A DNA stretch of 64,000 nucleotides from Bacteroidota bacterium (GTDB taxonomy: Bacteria > Bacteroidota > Bacteroidia > Palsa-948). The notes beneath the pieces are model-generated. The model saw nothing but the letters and a program-made list of their open reading frames with translations, did no database searches and was not told the DNA's origin. Positions 9,562 through 18,985 of this stretch are shown one piece after another (within the stretch, counting starts at the first letter, position 1; the number at the start of each line of letters is the position of its first letter). The stretch lies in contig PLUL01000071.1 of the NCBI GenBank assembly GCA_003164895.1, positions 6,679 to 70,678 of the forward strand, written 5' to 3'. The translations under genes and the position numbers were made by a program.

Positions 9562-9960
9562 GCATGGTCAACCCTACATCCGGTTTAATCAATTGATCGT
9601 ATAACTTAATCAATACATGATCTCATATGATCAACCTTGAATGTGTCATAATCAATACATCATTCTGCATAATCAACCTTGCATCTAACATGATGAATAC
9701 ATCATCGCGCATGATCAACCTTGCATCTGTCATAATCAATACTTCATTCCACATGATCAACCTTGCATCTAAAATGATCAATCTTCCATCTCACATGATG
9801 AATACATCATCACGCATGATCAATCTTGCATCTGGTATAATCAATTGATCCCATCATATCGTTAATACATCATATCACTTAGTTAACCCTGCATCCGGTT
9901 TAATCAATTGATCGTATAACTTGATCAATACATCATCTCACATGATCAATTAATGGTAGT
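9562..9960. repeat. Exactly phased array of 19 x 21-bp iteron-like tandem repeats with two alternating subtypes (effective 42-bp unit), GATC/TGATCA cores, and 63-bp terminal direct repeats
   Basis: Units begin at 9562, 9583, 9604 and so on to 9940, with no phase slip. Subtype A is catgatcaaccttgcatctnn. Subtype B is cat(a/g)atcaatac(a/t)tcatnnnn. About 11 GATC sites fall within 400 bp. A 10-bp palindrome ATCAATTGAT occurs at 9587, 9839 and 9902. The first three units (9562-9624) are nearly identical to units 9877-9939. Confidence 0.85.
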
Positions 9961-9998
9961 GTATGGAAATGTGTGAAAATTGTTTAAAGATGAATGCA

Positions 9999-12900
9999 TC
10001 ACCTCACAAGCTGCACAAAACCTTTATAGGTAGAGTCGGGCAGGGCATGTGCTTTTTTATCTACTTGTCCGGCTATTTTTACAATAAAATAATACACGCC
10101 ATCGGGCGCTTCTTCTCCGGCAGTGGTTTTGCCATCCCATCCGTTGTTGCGCTGGGTGGAGGTGAACATGAGTGTTCCCCATCGGTCAAATATTTGCAGG
10201 GAATATTTTTCGTACGGGCAAACTCCGGGTATGTAAAACATATCGTTTATTCCATCTCCGTTTGGCGAGAAAACATTGGGGATTAATTTTTTCTGAAAGC
10301 AGGGTTCGGATAAAACTATAATGGAATCAACGCCTTTGCATCCTGCCGTATCGTAAATGGCAAAGGTATAAACCATGGTATCGCCCAGTCCCATAATAAG
10401 CACCGAAGGACAATTGCTGCAGCTCAATCCGGTATCGGGGCTCCAGTGAAAATTATAAGGTGGCAAACCTCCGCTGTAATTTGTGGTAACGCTGATAATG
10501 CTATCCAACGGCACATGCACTATGTGCGGACCATTTATTGAAACATTTATCACATTGGTAACCGTAACAGAGCCGGTGAGATTGGTTGCCTTAATCTGGC
10601 AGAGACTACCATCGGGTAAGGTATTTCCAAGAGAAAGAACAGGATTGAAATTTCCAGGATTGGTGTAGATATGACAGGTATCTCCGCCAAGGGTATTTAC
10701 AACAATTCCGTCTCCGAAACTCCATTCAAAATACTGCGCATTAATACTGGTGGCATGAAAGCACACTTTAAGCGGATTGCATCCGGCAGTGGGAGCAAAG
10801 CTGAACGACCCAACAGGACCCGGCACCACAATAATGCTGTCGAGTATAAGTGAATCTGTACAACCTCCGGGATTTGTTACAGTGAGTGTAACATTATAAA
10901 CTCCCGGAAGAGTGTAAGTGTGTGTGGGGTTCTGAAGAGCAGAACTGGAACCGTCACCAAACAACCAATTCCAAGCTGAAACAAATCCCTGCGATGAATC
11001 TTTGAATGTTACTACAAGATTTCCGCATCCTACACTTAAAATTGTATCTCTAAAGTGAGCAGTGGGTTTGAGAATGCGAACTTTTTCTTTTATGGTGCTG
11101 TCGCATCCGTTTGTATCGCGCACCGTTAATATTACAGTATATAAACTGTCGTGCGAGTAGGTGTGAGTAATGCTGCTGATGGGATTATGTGTGGAATCAA
11201 TGCTGCCATCGCCAAAGTTCCATAAATAAGTTCCACCCACCACATTGGTGCCCGATGCATTAAATGTGAGCTGAATTCCTTTGCATGAAAAAGTATCTAC
11301 CGTAAAAGCAGGGTAGGGGAATGTGGCTTGAATGTAATTAGTTTTAACAATTGTTTTGGTGCATTGGTTGGTATCCTTCACCGTCATTGTTACGGAATAA
11401 ATTCCGGTAGATGTATAGGTGTGTGTGATAGAATCTTTGTGAGTGGTAAAGATGGGAGAACCATCGCCAAAATTCCATGTCCAAAGTACAAGCGCTGAAT
11501 CCGGAACCGACTTATCAGTAGAAGTGTCGTGAAAAGTTACTATCAGCGGACGGCACCCTGTAAGTTTGTTGGCATAAAAATAGGGATAAGGACCCAGCGC
11601 TCTAACCGTATCAATCACGGAGTTCTTGCACCCGTTCACATCGGTGATGATAAGTTTAACCGGATATTGCCCCGTAGCATTATAGGTATAGGCAGGATTT
11701 ACGATGATGGAAGTATCTGCCAGTGTGGATGGGTCGCCAAAGTTCCAGAACACAGAGTCTGCATCCTGTGAAGTGCTTGTAAAGTTTTCGGTGAACGGAT
11801 AACAACCGCTTGTATTTGCTACCGTGAAATTTGCAATAGGTTTTGCAATAACTAATGGACTGGAAATGGTATTAGAACATTTAGAAGAATAATTATATGC
11901 CGTGAGTGAAATTGTATATGGTCCTCTCACCAGATAGGTGTGAACAGGAGTTTTATTGTTCGATGTATCCACTTTCCCGTCTCCAAAATTCCAGACAAGA
12001 GAATCCGCACCTTCCGATGTGCTGGAGAAATGAACGGTAAAATAAGTTGTACAACTCAGCGTGAATGTAAATGCTGCTTTAGGCGGAAGTATCACCACCT
12101 TCTTTTTTATGGAAGTATCTGCACAGCCGTGATTGTAGGCGATCAAATATACTTTATACGTTCCGGTGTCGCCATAAACATAAATAGGATTTTGCATGAT
12201 GCTCGAACCGCCATCACCAAAACTCCAATGCCATCCAGTTACATTTCCGGTTGATGAATCAGAAAAAGTTACAGGTAATCCGTAACAAACTGTATCCTTC
12301 AATATTCCGAAATTGGCAACGGGAGTACTTCCCACTTTGATGCAATTTGCACAAATAAAAGAATCCACACATCCGCTTACAGTATGAATAATTAATTTCA
12401 CAGTATAAACTCCGGTGGCTGTATAAGTGTGAGAAGTTCCGGGAACAGTAAAAGTGGCATTGTTACCATCTCCATAATACCATTGATATGTTGCAATTGC
12501 GCTTAATGGACTGGTGCTAGTACTCAAAAAATTTACGGTGAGTGGAGCGCATCCGCTGTCAGGCGCATGAGTAAATCCTGCAATTGGAGGAGAAATCATG
12601 ATGAAACTATTCTTCCTGATGGTGTCTGAACAGGGTCCGCTGCTATTCGTTGCGATAAGAGAAACGGAATAAGTTCCGATGGCTGTGTAGGTGTGTGCAG
12701 GATTCTGAATATTGGAAGTCGGACTTCCATCGCCAAAGTTCCAAATATAATTTGTTGCTCCTGTAGAATTATTTGTGAAATGAACGTTGAACGGAACAGA
12801 ACATGCAATCATTGTATCGGCAACAAAATTTGCAACTGGAGTTTGGTTTACGGTAACAATTCCGGTAGTGGTGCCATTGCAACTTCCATTACTCGCGTTA

Positions 12901-13958
12901 AGTGTAACCGTGTAAGTGTTTGCGGCAGTATAAGTGTGGCTTGGACTGATTGCAGTGGAAGTTCCTGCATCGCCAAAATTCCAGCTTGCCGTTGTGGCAA
13001 TAGGAACAGAAGTATTATTGAATATTATTGGCTGACCAGTGCAGACAACGGTGGGAGTTGCAGCAAAACTTGCAACCATATTCTGAAGCAGAATGTAATT
13101 TGGTTTTACGAGCGAGTCAATGCATCCGTTCTGATTGACAACGAGCGTTACGGTGTAGGTTCCGTTTGCAGCATAAGTATGTGTGGGATTAGTGGATGTA
13201 GAATTGGATCCGTCACCAAAATGCCAGGTGTAAGTGGTATGGCCAATGGACGTTGAAGTATTTGTGAAAGTTACATTGAGCGGAGGTGTGCAGGCAAATA
13301 AAGGGGTAGCAGTAAATGCAACTGTTGGCATTGGAACAATCAAAATATTCTGAGTGATGGTACTTATGCATCCGTTGAGATCGGTAACAATTAAACTTAT
13401 TGGATAAAGCCCTTGAGTTGTGTAAGCATGAGAAGTAGAAGTTGTTGTTACGGTAGTTGCATTGCCATCACCAAAATCCCAATGCCAGGTGGCAATGGTA
13501 GCGCCTCCTGTAGAAATTACAGTTGCATCGGTAAAAGTTACAGTTTGCCCTATACAGGCAGTATCGGTACTCATTGTAAATCCGGCAGTGGGCGGATTGT
13601 AAACATTAATGTAATTTGTTTTTACAATTGTGCTGGTTGAAACTCCATCGGAAACAGTGAGTGTTACAGTCCATAATCCTGAAGAATAAATATCTCCTGG
13701 ATTTGGTATAATAGGAACGGGTCCATTACCCAAATTCCAGCTCCATGATGTAGGATTTCCTGTTGATAAATCAGTAAACGTAACATGAAGTGGAGCGCAT
13801 CCGGCAGTGGGTGTTGCAGAGAAAGAGGCAACAACTTGTGCGAAAACAGAATTACCACTCAATAGCCAAAAGCTGATAGCAAAAATTACAGCTTTCAACT
13901 TGTAGATTGAATTAATAAATCGCAACGTGTGTTTTGAGTAAAAATGTTTCAAGCACAA
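9999..13958 (-). CDS. giant T9SS-secreted adhesin-like protein: >=12 PKD domains plus a C-terminal gliding-motility-associated (CHU_C, type-B) sorting domain
   Basis: 1319 aa with a signal peptide. Repeated ~85-aa PKD units carry W(N/H)FGDG...Y.V.L.V motifs. C-terminus KKLIPNVFSPNGDGINDMFYIPGVCPYEKYSLQIFDRWGTLMF is the CHU_C domain. Confidence 0.88.
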   Translation of the reverse strand: MCLKHFYSKHTLRFINSIYKLKAVIFAISFWLLSGNSVFAQVVASFSATPTAGCAPLHVTFTDLSTGNPTSWSWNLGNGPVPIIPNPGDIYSSGLWTVTLTVSDGVSTSTIVKTNYINVYNPPTAGFTMSTDTACIGQTVTFTDATVISTGGATIATWHWDFGDGNATTVTTTSTSHAYTTQGLYPISLIVTDLNGCISTITQNILIVPMPTVAFTATPLFACTPPLNVTFTNTSTSIGHTTYTWHFGDGSNSTSTNPTHTYAANGTYTVTLVVNQNGCIDSLVKPNYILLQNMVASFAATPTVVCTGQPIIFNNTSVPIATTASWNFGDAGTSTAISPSHTYTAANTYTVTLNASNGSCNGTTTGIVTVNQTPVANFVADTMIACSVPFNVHFTNNSTGATNYIWNFGDGSPTSNIQNPAHTYTAIGTYSVSLIATNSSGPCSDTIRKNSFIMISPPIAGFTHAPDSGCAPLTVNFLSTSTSPLSAIATYQWYYGDGNNATFTVPGTSHTYTATGVYTVKLIIHTVSGCVDSFICANCIKVGSTPVANFGILKDTVCYGLPVTFSDSSTGNVTGWHWSFGDGGSSIMQNPIYVYGDTGTYKVYLIAYNHGCADTSIKKKVVILPPKAAFTFTLSCTTYFTVHFSSTSEGADSLVWNFGDGKVDTSNNKTPVHTYLVRGPYTISLTAYNYSSKCSNTISSPLVIAKPIANFTVANTSGCYPFTENFTSTSQDADSVFWNFGDPSTLADTSIIVNPAYTYNATGQYPVKLIITDVNGCKNSVIDTVRALGPYPYFYANKLTGCRPLIVTFHDTSTDKSVPDSALVLWTWNFGDGSPIFTTHKDSITHTYTSTGIYSVTMTVKDTNQCTKTIVKTNYIQATFPYPAFTVDTFSCKGIQLTFNASGTNVVGGTYLWNFGDGSIDSTHNPISSITHTYSHDSLYTVILTVRDTNGCDSTIKEKVRILKPTAHFRDTILSVGCGNLVVTFKDSSQGFVSAWNWLFGDGSSSALQNPTHTYTLPGVYNVTLTVTNPGGCTDSLILDSIIVVPGPVGSFSFAPTAGCNPLKVCFHATSINAQYFEWSFGDGIVVNTLGGDTCHIYTNPGNFNPVLSLGNTLPDGSLCQIKATNLTGSVTVTNVINVSINGPHIVHVPLDSIISVTTNYSGGLPPYNFHWSPDTGLSCSNCPSVLIMGLGDTMVYTFAIYDTAGCKGVDSIIVLSEPCFQKKLIPNVFSPNGDGINDMFYIPGVCPYEKYSLQIFDRWGTLMFTSTQRNNGWDGKTTAGEEAPDGVYYFIVKIAGQVDKKAHALPDSTYKGFVQLVR

Positions 13959-14234
13959 AAAATTAATTGTAACTCAACAAGAGTGGCTACGCTACAAAGA
14001 TAATGTTATGTTTTGAATATTTAAAACCCCCACAAAAGTTAGTTGTTAGCTGTCAATTGTTAGTTTATTTTCATCATTGTATTTATTCATCTCCTGATAG
14101 ATATTACGAAGATGAAATAAAGAGTTATAAGGTTGCACCAATTTTTTCGCCTTGGGGTCGTTTCTTGTTAGATTTTTTTTCTTCTTAATCACCTGATTTT
14201 AGGATTTGGCTACTTTTACGATTAATTTTTTTTC

Positions 14235-15749
14235 TTGAATCCATTTAAACGCATCGCATCGCAAACAGCCATCTACGGTTTGCCTACTATTGTTGGGAGG
14301 CTGCTGAATTATTTACTCGTTCCGATTTACACGCGTTGTTTTTCTCCGCCCGAATATGGAACCGTGAACGAGATGTATGCTTACGTTTCTTTTCTGCTGA
14401 TTGTACTTACTTATGGAATGGAAACTGCGTTGTTTAATTTTTCGCGTTTGCACGACGACAAACAAAAAGTGTATTCTACTATTCTTGCGTGCATCACCAT
14501 CACATCAGGAGTTTTTATTGCGGGACTTACAATTTTCAGCCAACCTATTGCGGATTTAATTCGTCATCCCGAACATCCTGAATATATCACATGGTTTGCG
14601 CTCATTCTCGGACTGGATGCAATTTCAGCTATTGCTTTTGCAAAATTAAGGGAGCAGAACAAAGCAAAAAAATTCGCCGTTATTAAAACCCTGAACATCG
14701 GAGTAAATATTCTTTTCAATTTATTTTTCATCGTCATCTGCCCGAAAGTTTTGCATCATCCCAACAGCACATTCTATCCGTTCATTCAAAAAATATATTC
14801 CCCAGAGATTGGCATCGGATATATTTTCATTTCAAATCTTATTGCAAGTGTGGTAACACTTCTTGTTCAATTACCATCTATTATCACTGCTTCATCAATT
14901 TTTCAAAAGGGCGAAAGAAAGATTTTTGATTTTTCAATGCTCAAACTTATTCTTCCCTACGCACTTCCGTTGCTCATTGCAGGTCTTGCCGGAATGACGA
15001 ACGAAACGATTGACAGAATTCTTCTCAAATATCTTCTTCCATCAAACATTGCTCTCACGCAAGTAGGAATTTACGGAGCTTGTTATAAAATTTCTATCAT
15101 CATGACCATGTTCTGGCAAACATTCCGCTACGCTGCCGAACCATTTTTTTTCGCACAGGCAAAAGAAAAAGATGCGAAAAAAACTTACGCGCATGTGATG
15201 AATTATTTTGTAATTGTTTGCATGATTATTTTTCTTGGCACGATGGCGAATCTAAGCTGGATAAAATATTTTGTCGGAAAAGATTATCGGGTTGGACTGA
15301 ACGTGGTGCCGATACTTTTGCTCGCCAATTTTTGCATCGGTGTATTTTTCAATCTTTCCATCTGGTACAAACTTTCTGATAAAACAAAATATGGTGCATA
15401 CCTCACTGTGTTTGGAGCAGCCATTACATTGATTGGAAATTTTGTTTTCATTCCAATTTATGGATACATGGCATCCGCCTGGGCAACGCTTGCTTGTTAT
15501 GCAGCAATGATGGTTGTCTCTTACATTCTTGGAAACAAACATTACCCTGTGAATTACGACCTGAAAAGATTCTTAGGATACGTTACATTATCGTTAATTT
15601 TGTACGCTTTAAGTGAATACTTTGTGTTTGAATCTCATAAAGTAGAATTGGTGATGAAGAATTCACTGTTGTTAGTTTTTGTAATTGTTGTTTTTATTTT
15701 TGAACGAAAGAATTTATCTGTCAATAGAAATGAAAGTCAGAATAATTAA
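14235..15749 (+). CDS. oligosaccharide/polysaccharide flippase (Wzx-like, MOP superfamily)
   Basis: 504 aa and polytopic (about 12-14 hydrophobic segments). N-terminus [38 protein letters not shown] is typical of Bacteroidetes Wzx-like flippases. Apparent TTG start: an in-frame stop lies 4 codons upstream and there is no upstream ATG. Confidence 0.8.
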   Translation: MNPFKRIASQTAIYGLPTIVGRLLNYLLVPIYTRCFSPPEYGTVNEMYAYVSFLLIVLTYGMETALFNFSRLHDDKQKVYSTILACITITSGVFIAGLTIFSQPIADLIRHPEHPEYITWFALILGLDAISAIAFAKLREQNKAKKFAVIKTLNIGVNILFNLFFIVICPKVLHHPNSTFYPFIQKIYSPEIGIGYIFISNLIASVVTLLVQLPSIITASSIFQKGERKIFDFSMLKLILPYALPLLIAGLAGMTNETIDRILLKYLLPSNIALTQVGIYGACYKISIIMTMFWQTFRYAAEPFFFAQAKEKDAKKTYAHVMNYFVIVCMIIFLGTMANLSWIKYFVGKDYRVGLNVVPILLLANFCIGVFFNLSIWYKLSDKTKYGAYLTVFGAAITLIGNFVFIPIYGYMASAWATLACYAAMMVVSYILGNKHYPVNYDLKRFLGYVTLSLILYALSEYFVFESHKVELVMKNSLLLVFVIVVFIFERKNLSVNRNESQNN

Positions 15750-16164
15750 TAAATCAAAACATGCTCTGCCAACTTATGCCACAGGTGCATCTGCGGGAAT
15801 GGATTTGAGAGCAAACTTAGATTCTCCCATTGTACTGAAATCATTAGAGCGCACACTGGTGCCAACGGGTTTATTTATTGAATTGCCTGTAGGAAGCGAA
15901 GCGCAGGTTCGTCCGCGCTCAGGACTTGCATTTAAAAACGGATTGACAGTTCTGAATTCTCCCGGCACCATTGATGCAGATTACCGAGGTGAAGTAAAAG
16001 TGATTCTTGTAAATCTTTCGAAAGAAGATTTTACAATAAACGATGGCGAGCGCATTGCTCAAATGGTCATTGCAAAACATGAACAGGCGGAATGGATTGA
16101 AGTTCAGGAATTATTAGAAACCGAAAGAGGTGCAGGTGGATTTGGAAGCACAGGAAAAAAATAA
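15730..16164 (+). CDS. dut: dUTP diphosphatase
   Basis: [28 protein letters not shown]...[35 protein letters not shown] carries the canonical dUTPase motifs. The ORF-track start at 15685 is an upstream extension; the ATG at 15730 is the likely start. Overlaps the flippase stop by 20 nt. Confidence 0.92.
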   Translation: MKVRIINKSKHALPTYATGASAGMDLRANLDSPIVLKSLERTLVPTGLFIELPVGSEAQVRPRSGLAFKNGLTVLNSPGTIDADYRGEVKVILVNLSKEDFTINDGERIAQMVIAKHEQAEWIEVQELLETERGAGGFGSTGKK

Positions 16165-16173
16165 AAAACATTT

Positions 16174-17193
16174 TTGGATATGAAAATAATAATACCGATG
16201 GCAGGAATGGGAAAACGGATGCGTCCGCACACGCTTACAATTCCCAAGCCTTTGATTCCAATTGCAGGCAAGCCGATGGTTCAGCAAATTGTGGAAGACC
16301 TTTTAAAAATTTGCCCTGAAAAAATTACGGAGATTGCTTACGTGATTTCACGTGCATTCGGAAAAGAAGCGGAAAAAAATCTTGTTGCAGTTGCAGAAAA
16401 ACTCGGAGCAAAAGGAAAAATATATTATCAGGATGAACCTCTGGGAACTGCACATGCCATTCTTTGTGCAAAAGATTCTTTGGATGAAAAGACACTTATC
16501 GCGTTTGCTGATACACTTTTTATTCCTGATAAAAATGCAAAAGTTGATACAAATAAGGATGGAATTATCTGGGTTCAAAAGATTGCCGATCCTCGACAGT
16601 TCGGTGTGGTGAAACTGGATAAAGAGGGATTCATCACTGATTTTGTGGAAAAGCCGCAAACTTTCATCTCTGATTTAGCAATCATCGGAATTTATTATTT
16701 CAAAGACGGAACTTATTTGAAAAAAGAAATGCAATTTCTGATTGATAATAACATCAAAGAGAAAGGTGAATATCAACTCACCAATGCGATGGAGAACATG
16801 AAGAAAAAGGGAACGAAGTTTGTTACATCGCAGGTGGCAGAATGGCTCGATTGCGGAAATAAGGATGCAACGGTTTATACTAACAAAAGAATTTTGGAAA
16901 CATATTTCAGTAATGGAAAAAGTTCTAATCCGAAAACGGATTCAACTTCAAAAATAATTGCACCGTGTGTGATTGGCGAAAATGTGCAGATAATAAATTC
17001 AACGGTTGGTCCTTTTGCTTCGATTGGAGATAATACGGTGATTGAAAATTCTACTGTGGAAAATTGCATTGTACAAACAAACTCTAAAATAAAAAATGCA
17101 AACCTTTCGAATTCCATGCTTGGCAATTTTGTAGAGTTCTCGGGAAATTCAAACGATGCGAGTGTGGGCGATTATTCCATTATCAAGAATTGA
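16174..17193 (+). CDS. sugar-phosphate nucleotidyltransferase family protein (N-terminal NTP_transferase domain plus C-terminal hexapeptide / left-handed beta-helix region)
   Basis: MKIIIPMAGMGKRMRPHTLTIPKPLIPIAGKPMV is the G-x-G-x-R nucleotide-binding motif of sugar nucleotidyltransferases. C-terminus has Ile/Val-Gly-x hexapeptide-like repeats (IGENVQIINSTVGPFASIGDNTVIENSTVENCIV). Confidence 0.8.
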   Translation: MDMKIIIPMAGMGKRMRPHTLTIPKPLIPIAGKPMVQQIVEDLLKICPEKITEIAYVISRAFGKEAEKNLVAVAEKLGAKGKIYYQDEPLGTAHAILCAKDSLDEKTLIAFADTLFIPDKNAKVDTNKDGIIWVQKIADPRQFGVVKLDKEGFITDFVEKPQTFISDLAIIGIYYFKDGTYLKKEMQFLIDNNIKEKGEYQLTNAMENMKKKGTKFVTSQVAEWLDCGNKDATVYTNKRILETYFSNGKSSNPKTDSTSKIIAPCVIGENVQIINSTVGPFASIGDNTVIENSTVENCIVQTNSKIKNANLSNSMLGNFVEFSGNSNDASVGDYSIIKN

Positions 17194-17227
17194 AATTTTT
17201 GTATCTTTCATTCGTTATCGGTTCATT

Positions 17228-18976
17228 ATGAAAAAAAATATTCTTTATACTTTCTTTTTGTTTTCGTTGCTTTTTGCTTTCGGATGCAAATCTTCGCACA
17301 CTGTTACTCAAACTTCAAGCGGAAATAAAAAAGATAAACTTCCGCTTTCTTATGGCGAACAGTTAAAACTTGACCACACTTTTACCGATGGATTGATTCA
17401 GAAGATGCAGGGAAATTTTCCTGAGGCAATTGATAAATTTAAAAAATGTCTGGATGTTTATCCGAATCATTCTGCTTCCATGTACGAGATTGCCTACATT
17501 TATAACAATCTTGGAAAAAGCGAAGAAGCGATTCCTTATGCGCAAAAAGCGGTTTTGTTGGATGGAGAAAATGAATGGTATCGGTTGCTTCTTGCAAAAA
17601 GTTTAATGGATAAAAATAGGTTCAATGAAGCTACGGATGCTTTTCAACACTTAGTTAAAAGCAATCCGGAAAAAATTGATTATTATTTTATGTTGTCTGC
17701 TGCTTTGCTTCACGCGAATAAGGTGAAGGAAGCGCTGGAAGTGTATGACCGCATTGAAGAAAAAATCGGAGTAACGGAAGATATCTGCGTTCAGAAAGAA
17801 CGGATTTATATTTCGTTGAATCAATTTGACAAAGCGGTTGCCGAAGCCCAGAAACTTATCAATTCATCTCCGAAAGAAATAAATTATCACCGCATGCTCG
17901 CGGAATTATATTTTGAAAATAAAAAAACGGACAAAGCAATTGAAGTTTGCAAACAGATTTTTGAAATTGAACCTAACGACCCGCAAACACATCTGATGAT
18001 GGCGGATTACTATGAAAGTCAAAATGAAAATGAAAAAGCATTTTCTCATGTAAAGATAGCTTTTCAAAATCCTGATTTGAATATTGATGATAAAATAAAA
18101 ATTCTTATTTCGTATTTTAATATTCCGAAACAATCCGCATCTGAAAAAGCGGAATCCGATACGCTGGTTAATGTTCTTCTTCGAACTCATCCGCACGATG
18201 CGAAATCATTCAGCATACAAGGAGATTTTTTAACTCGTGACGGAAAAAATTCAGAAGCCCGCGATGCGTTTCGCAAAGCGATTGCGTTTGACAAAAGTCG
18301 TTATCCTATATGGCAGCAAGTGCTTGCGTTAGATGAAACATTAGGTGATTTCAGTTCTATGGAATCTGAAAGTCGTCAGGCAATAGAATTATTTCCTTCC
18401 GAACCTCTGCCGTATATTTTTAACGCAAGTGCAAATTATCAGAAGAAAAATTACAAGCAGGCAATAGAAATAGTTAATTCGGGAAAAGATTATGTGGCAG
18501 GAGATAAAAAATTGCTCGCGCAGTTTTATTCCATACTTGGCGATTGCTACAATGCAATGAAAGAATATAAACTCTCGGATGATAATTATGAAAAGACATT
18601 GAATCTTGACCCTGAAAATGCAAACGTGATGAACAACTGGGCATATTATTTTTCGCTGAGGAATGAGAAACTTGACAAAGCGGAAAAGATGGGATTAAAA
18701 GCAAATCAGTTGATAAAAGATAATTCTTCCTACGAAGATACTTATGCTTGGGTGCTTTACAAACAAAAAAATTATGAGGAAGCAAAAAAGTGGCTTGAAA
18801 AAGCGATTCAACACGGTGGAGAAAAAAACGGTGTGGTATTGGAACACTTTGGAGATGTTCTTTTTCAGATGGGACAAACCGATAAAGCGTTTGAGTATTG
18901 GCAGAAAGCAAAAGCTGCCGGAAAATATTCTGACCTACTTGAAAAAAAGATTTCTGATAAAAAAATGTACGAATAG
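17228..18976 (+). CDS. tetratricopeptide-repeat (TPR) lipoprotein
   Basis: MKKNILYTFFLFSLLFAFGCKSS is a lipoprotein signal with a lipobox Cys. Many TPR-like A/Y/W-rich 34-aa repeats follow (AIDKFKKCLDVYPNHSASMYEIAYIYNNLGKSEEAIPYAQKAV...). The ORF-track start at 17156 overlaps the previous gene, so the ATG at 17228 is preferred. Confidence 0.8.
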   Translation: MKKNILYTFFLFSLLFAFGCKSSHTVTQTSSGNKKDKLPLSYGEQLKLDHTFTDGLIQKMQGNFPEAIDKFKKCLDVYPNHSASMYEIAYIYNNLGKSEEAIPYAQKAVLLDGENEWYRLLLAKSLMDKNRFNEATDAFQHLVKSNPEKIDYYFMLSAALLHANKVKEALEVYDRIEEKIGVTEDICVQKERIYISLNQFDKAVAEAQKLINSSPKEINYHRMLAELYFENKKTDKAIEVCKQIFEIEPNDPQTHLMMADYYESQNENEKAFSHVKIAFQNPDLNIDDKIKILISYFNIPKQSASEKAESDTLVNVLLRTHPHDAKSFSIQGDFLTRDGKNSEARDAFRKAIAFDKSRYPIWQQVLALDETLGDFSSMESESRQAIELFPSEPLPYIFNASANYQKKNYKQAIEIVNSGKDYVAGDKKLLAQFYSILGDCYNAMKEYKLSDDNYEKTLNLDPENANVMNNWAYYFSLRNEKLDKAEKMGLKANQLIKDNSSYEDTYAWVLYKQKNYEEAKKWLEKAIQHGGEKNGVVLEHFGDVLFQMGQTDKAFEYWQKAKAAGKYSDLLEKKISDKKMYE

Positions 18977-18985
18977 TAACAATGA

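Noticed and set aside
9627-9848. 73-aa ORF encoding a 7-aa periodic peptide (MINLAS...)
   Set aside because: It is simply the translation of the 21-bp tandem array, since 21 bp equals 7 codons. No start context is visible, and the sequence is better explained as non-coding iterons.
9562-9960. Possible CRISPR array
   Set aside because: The units are 21 bp and contiguous with no unique spacers. Two alternating unit types are present instead of repeat-spacer structure. No cas genes are nearby.
12693-13256. 187-aa Cys-rich plus-strand ORF, and similar ORFs at 11529..11771, 11940..12254 and 13413..13640
   Set aside because: They are antisense to the 1319-aa PKD adhesin gene. The Thr/Asn/Gly-rich sense strand yields Cys-, Val- and Ile-rich antisense frames, so these are spurious.
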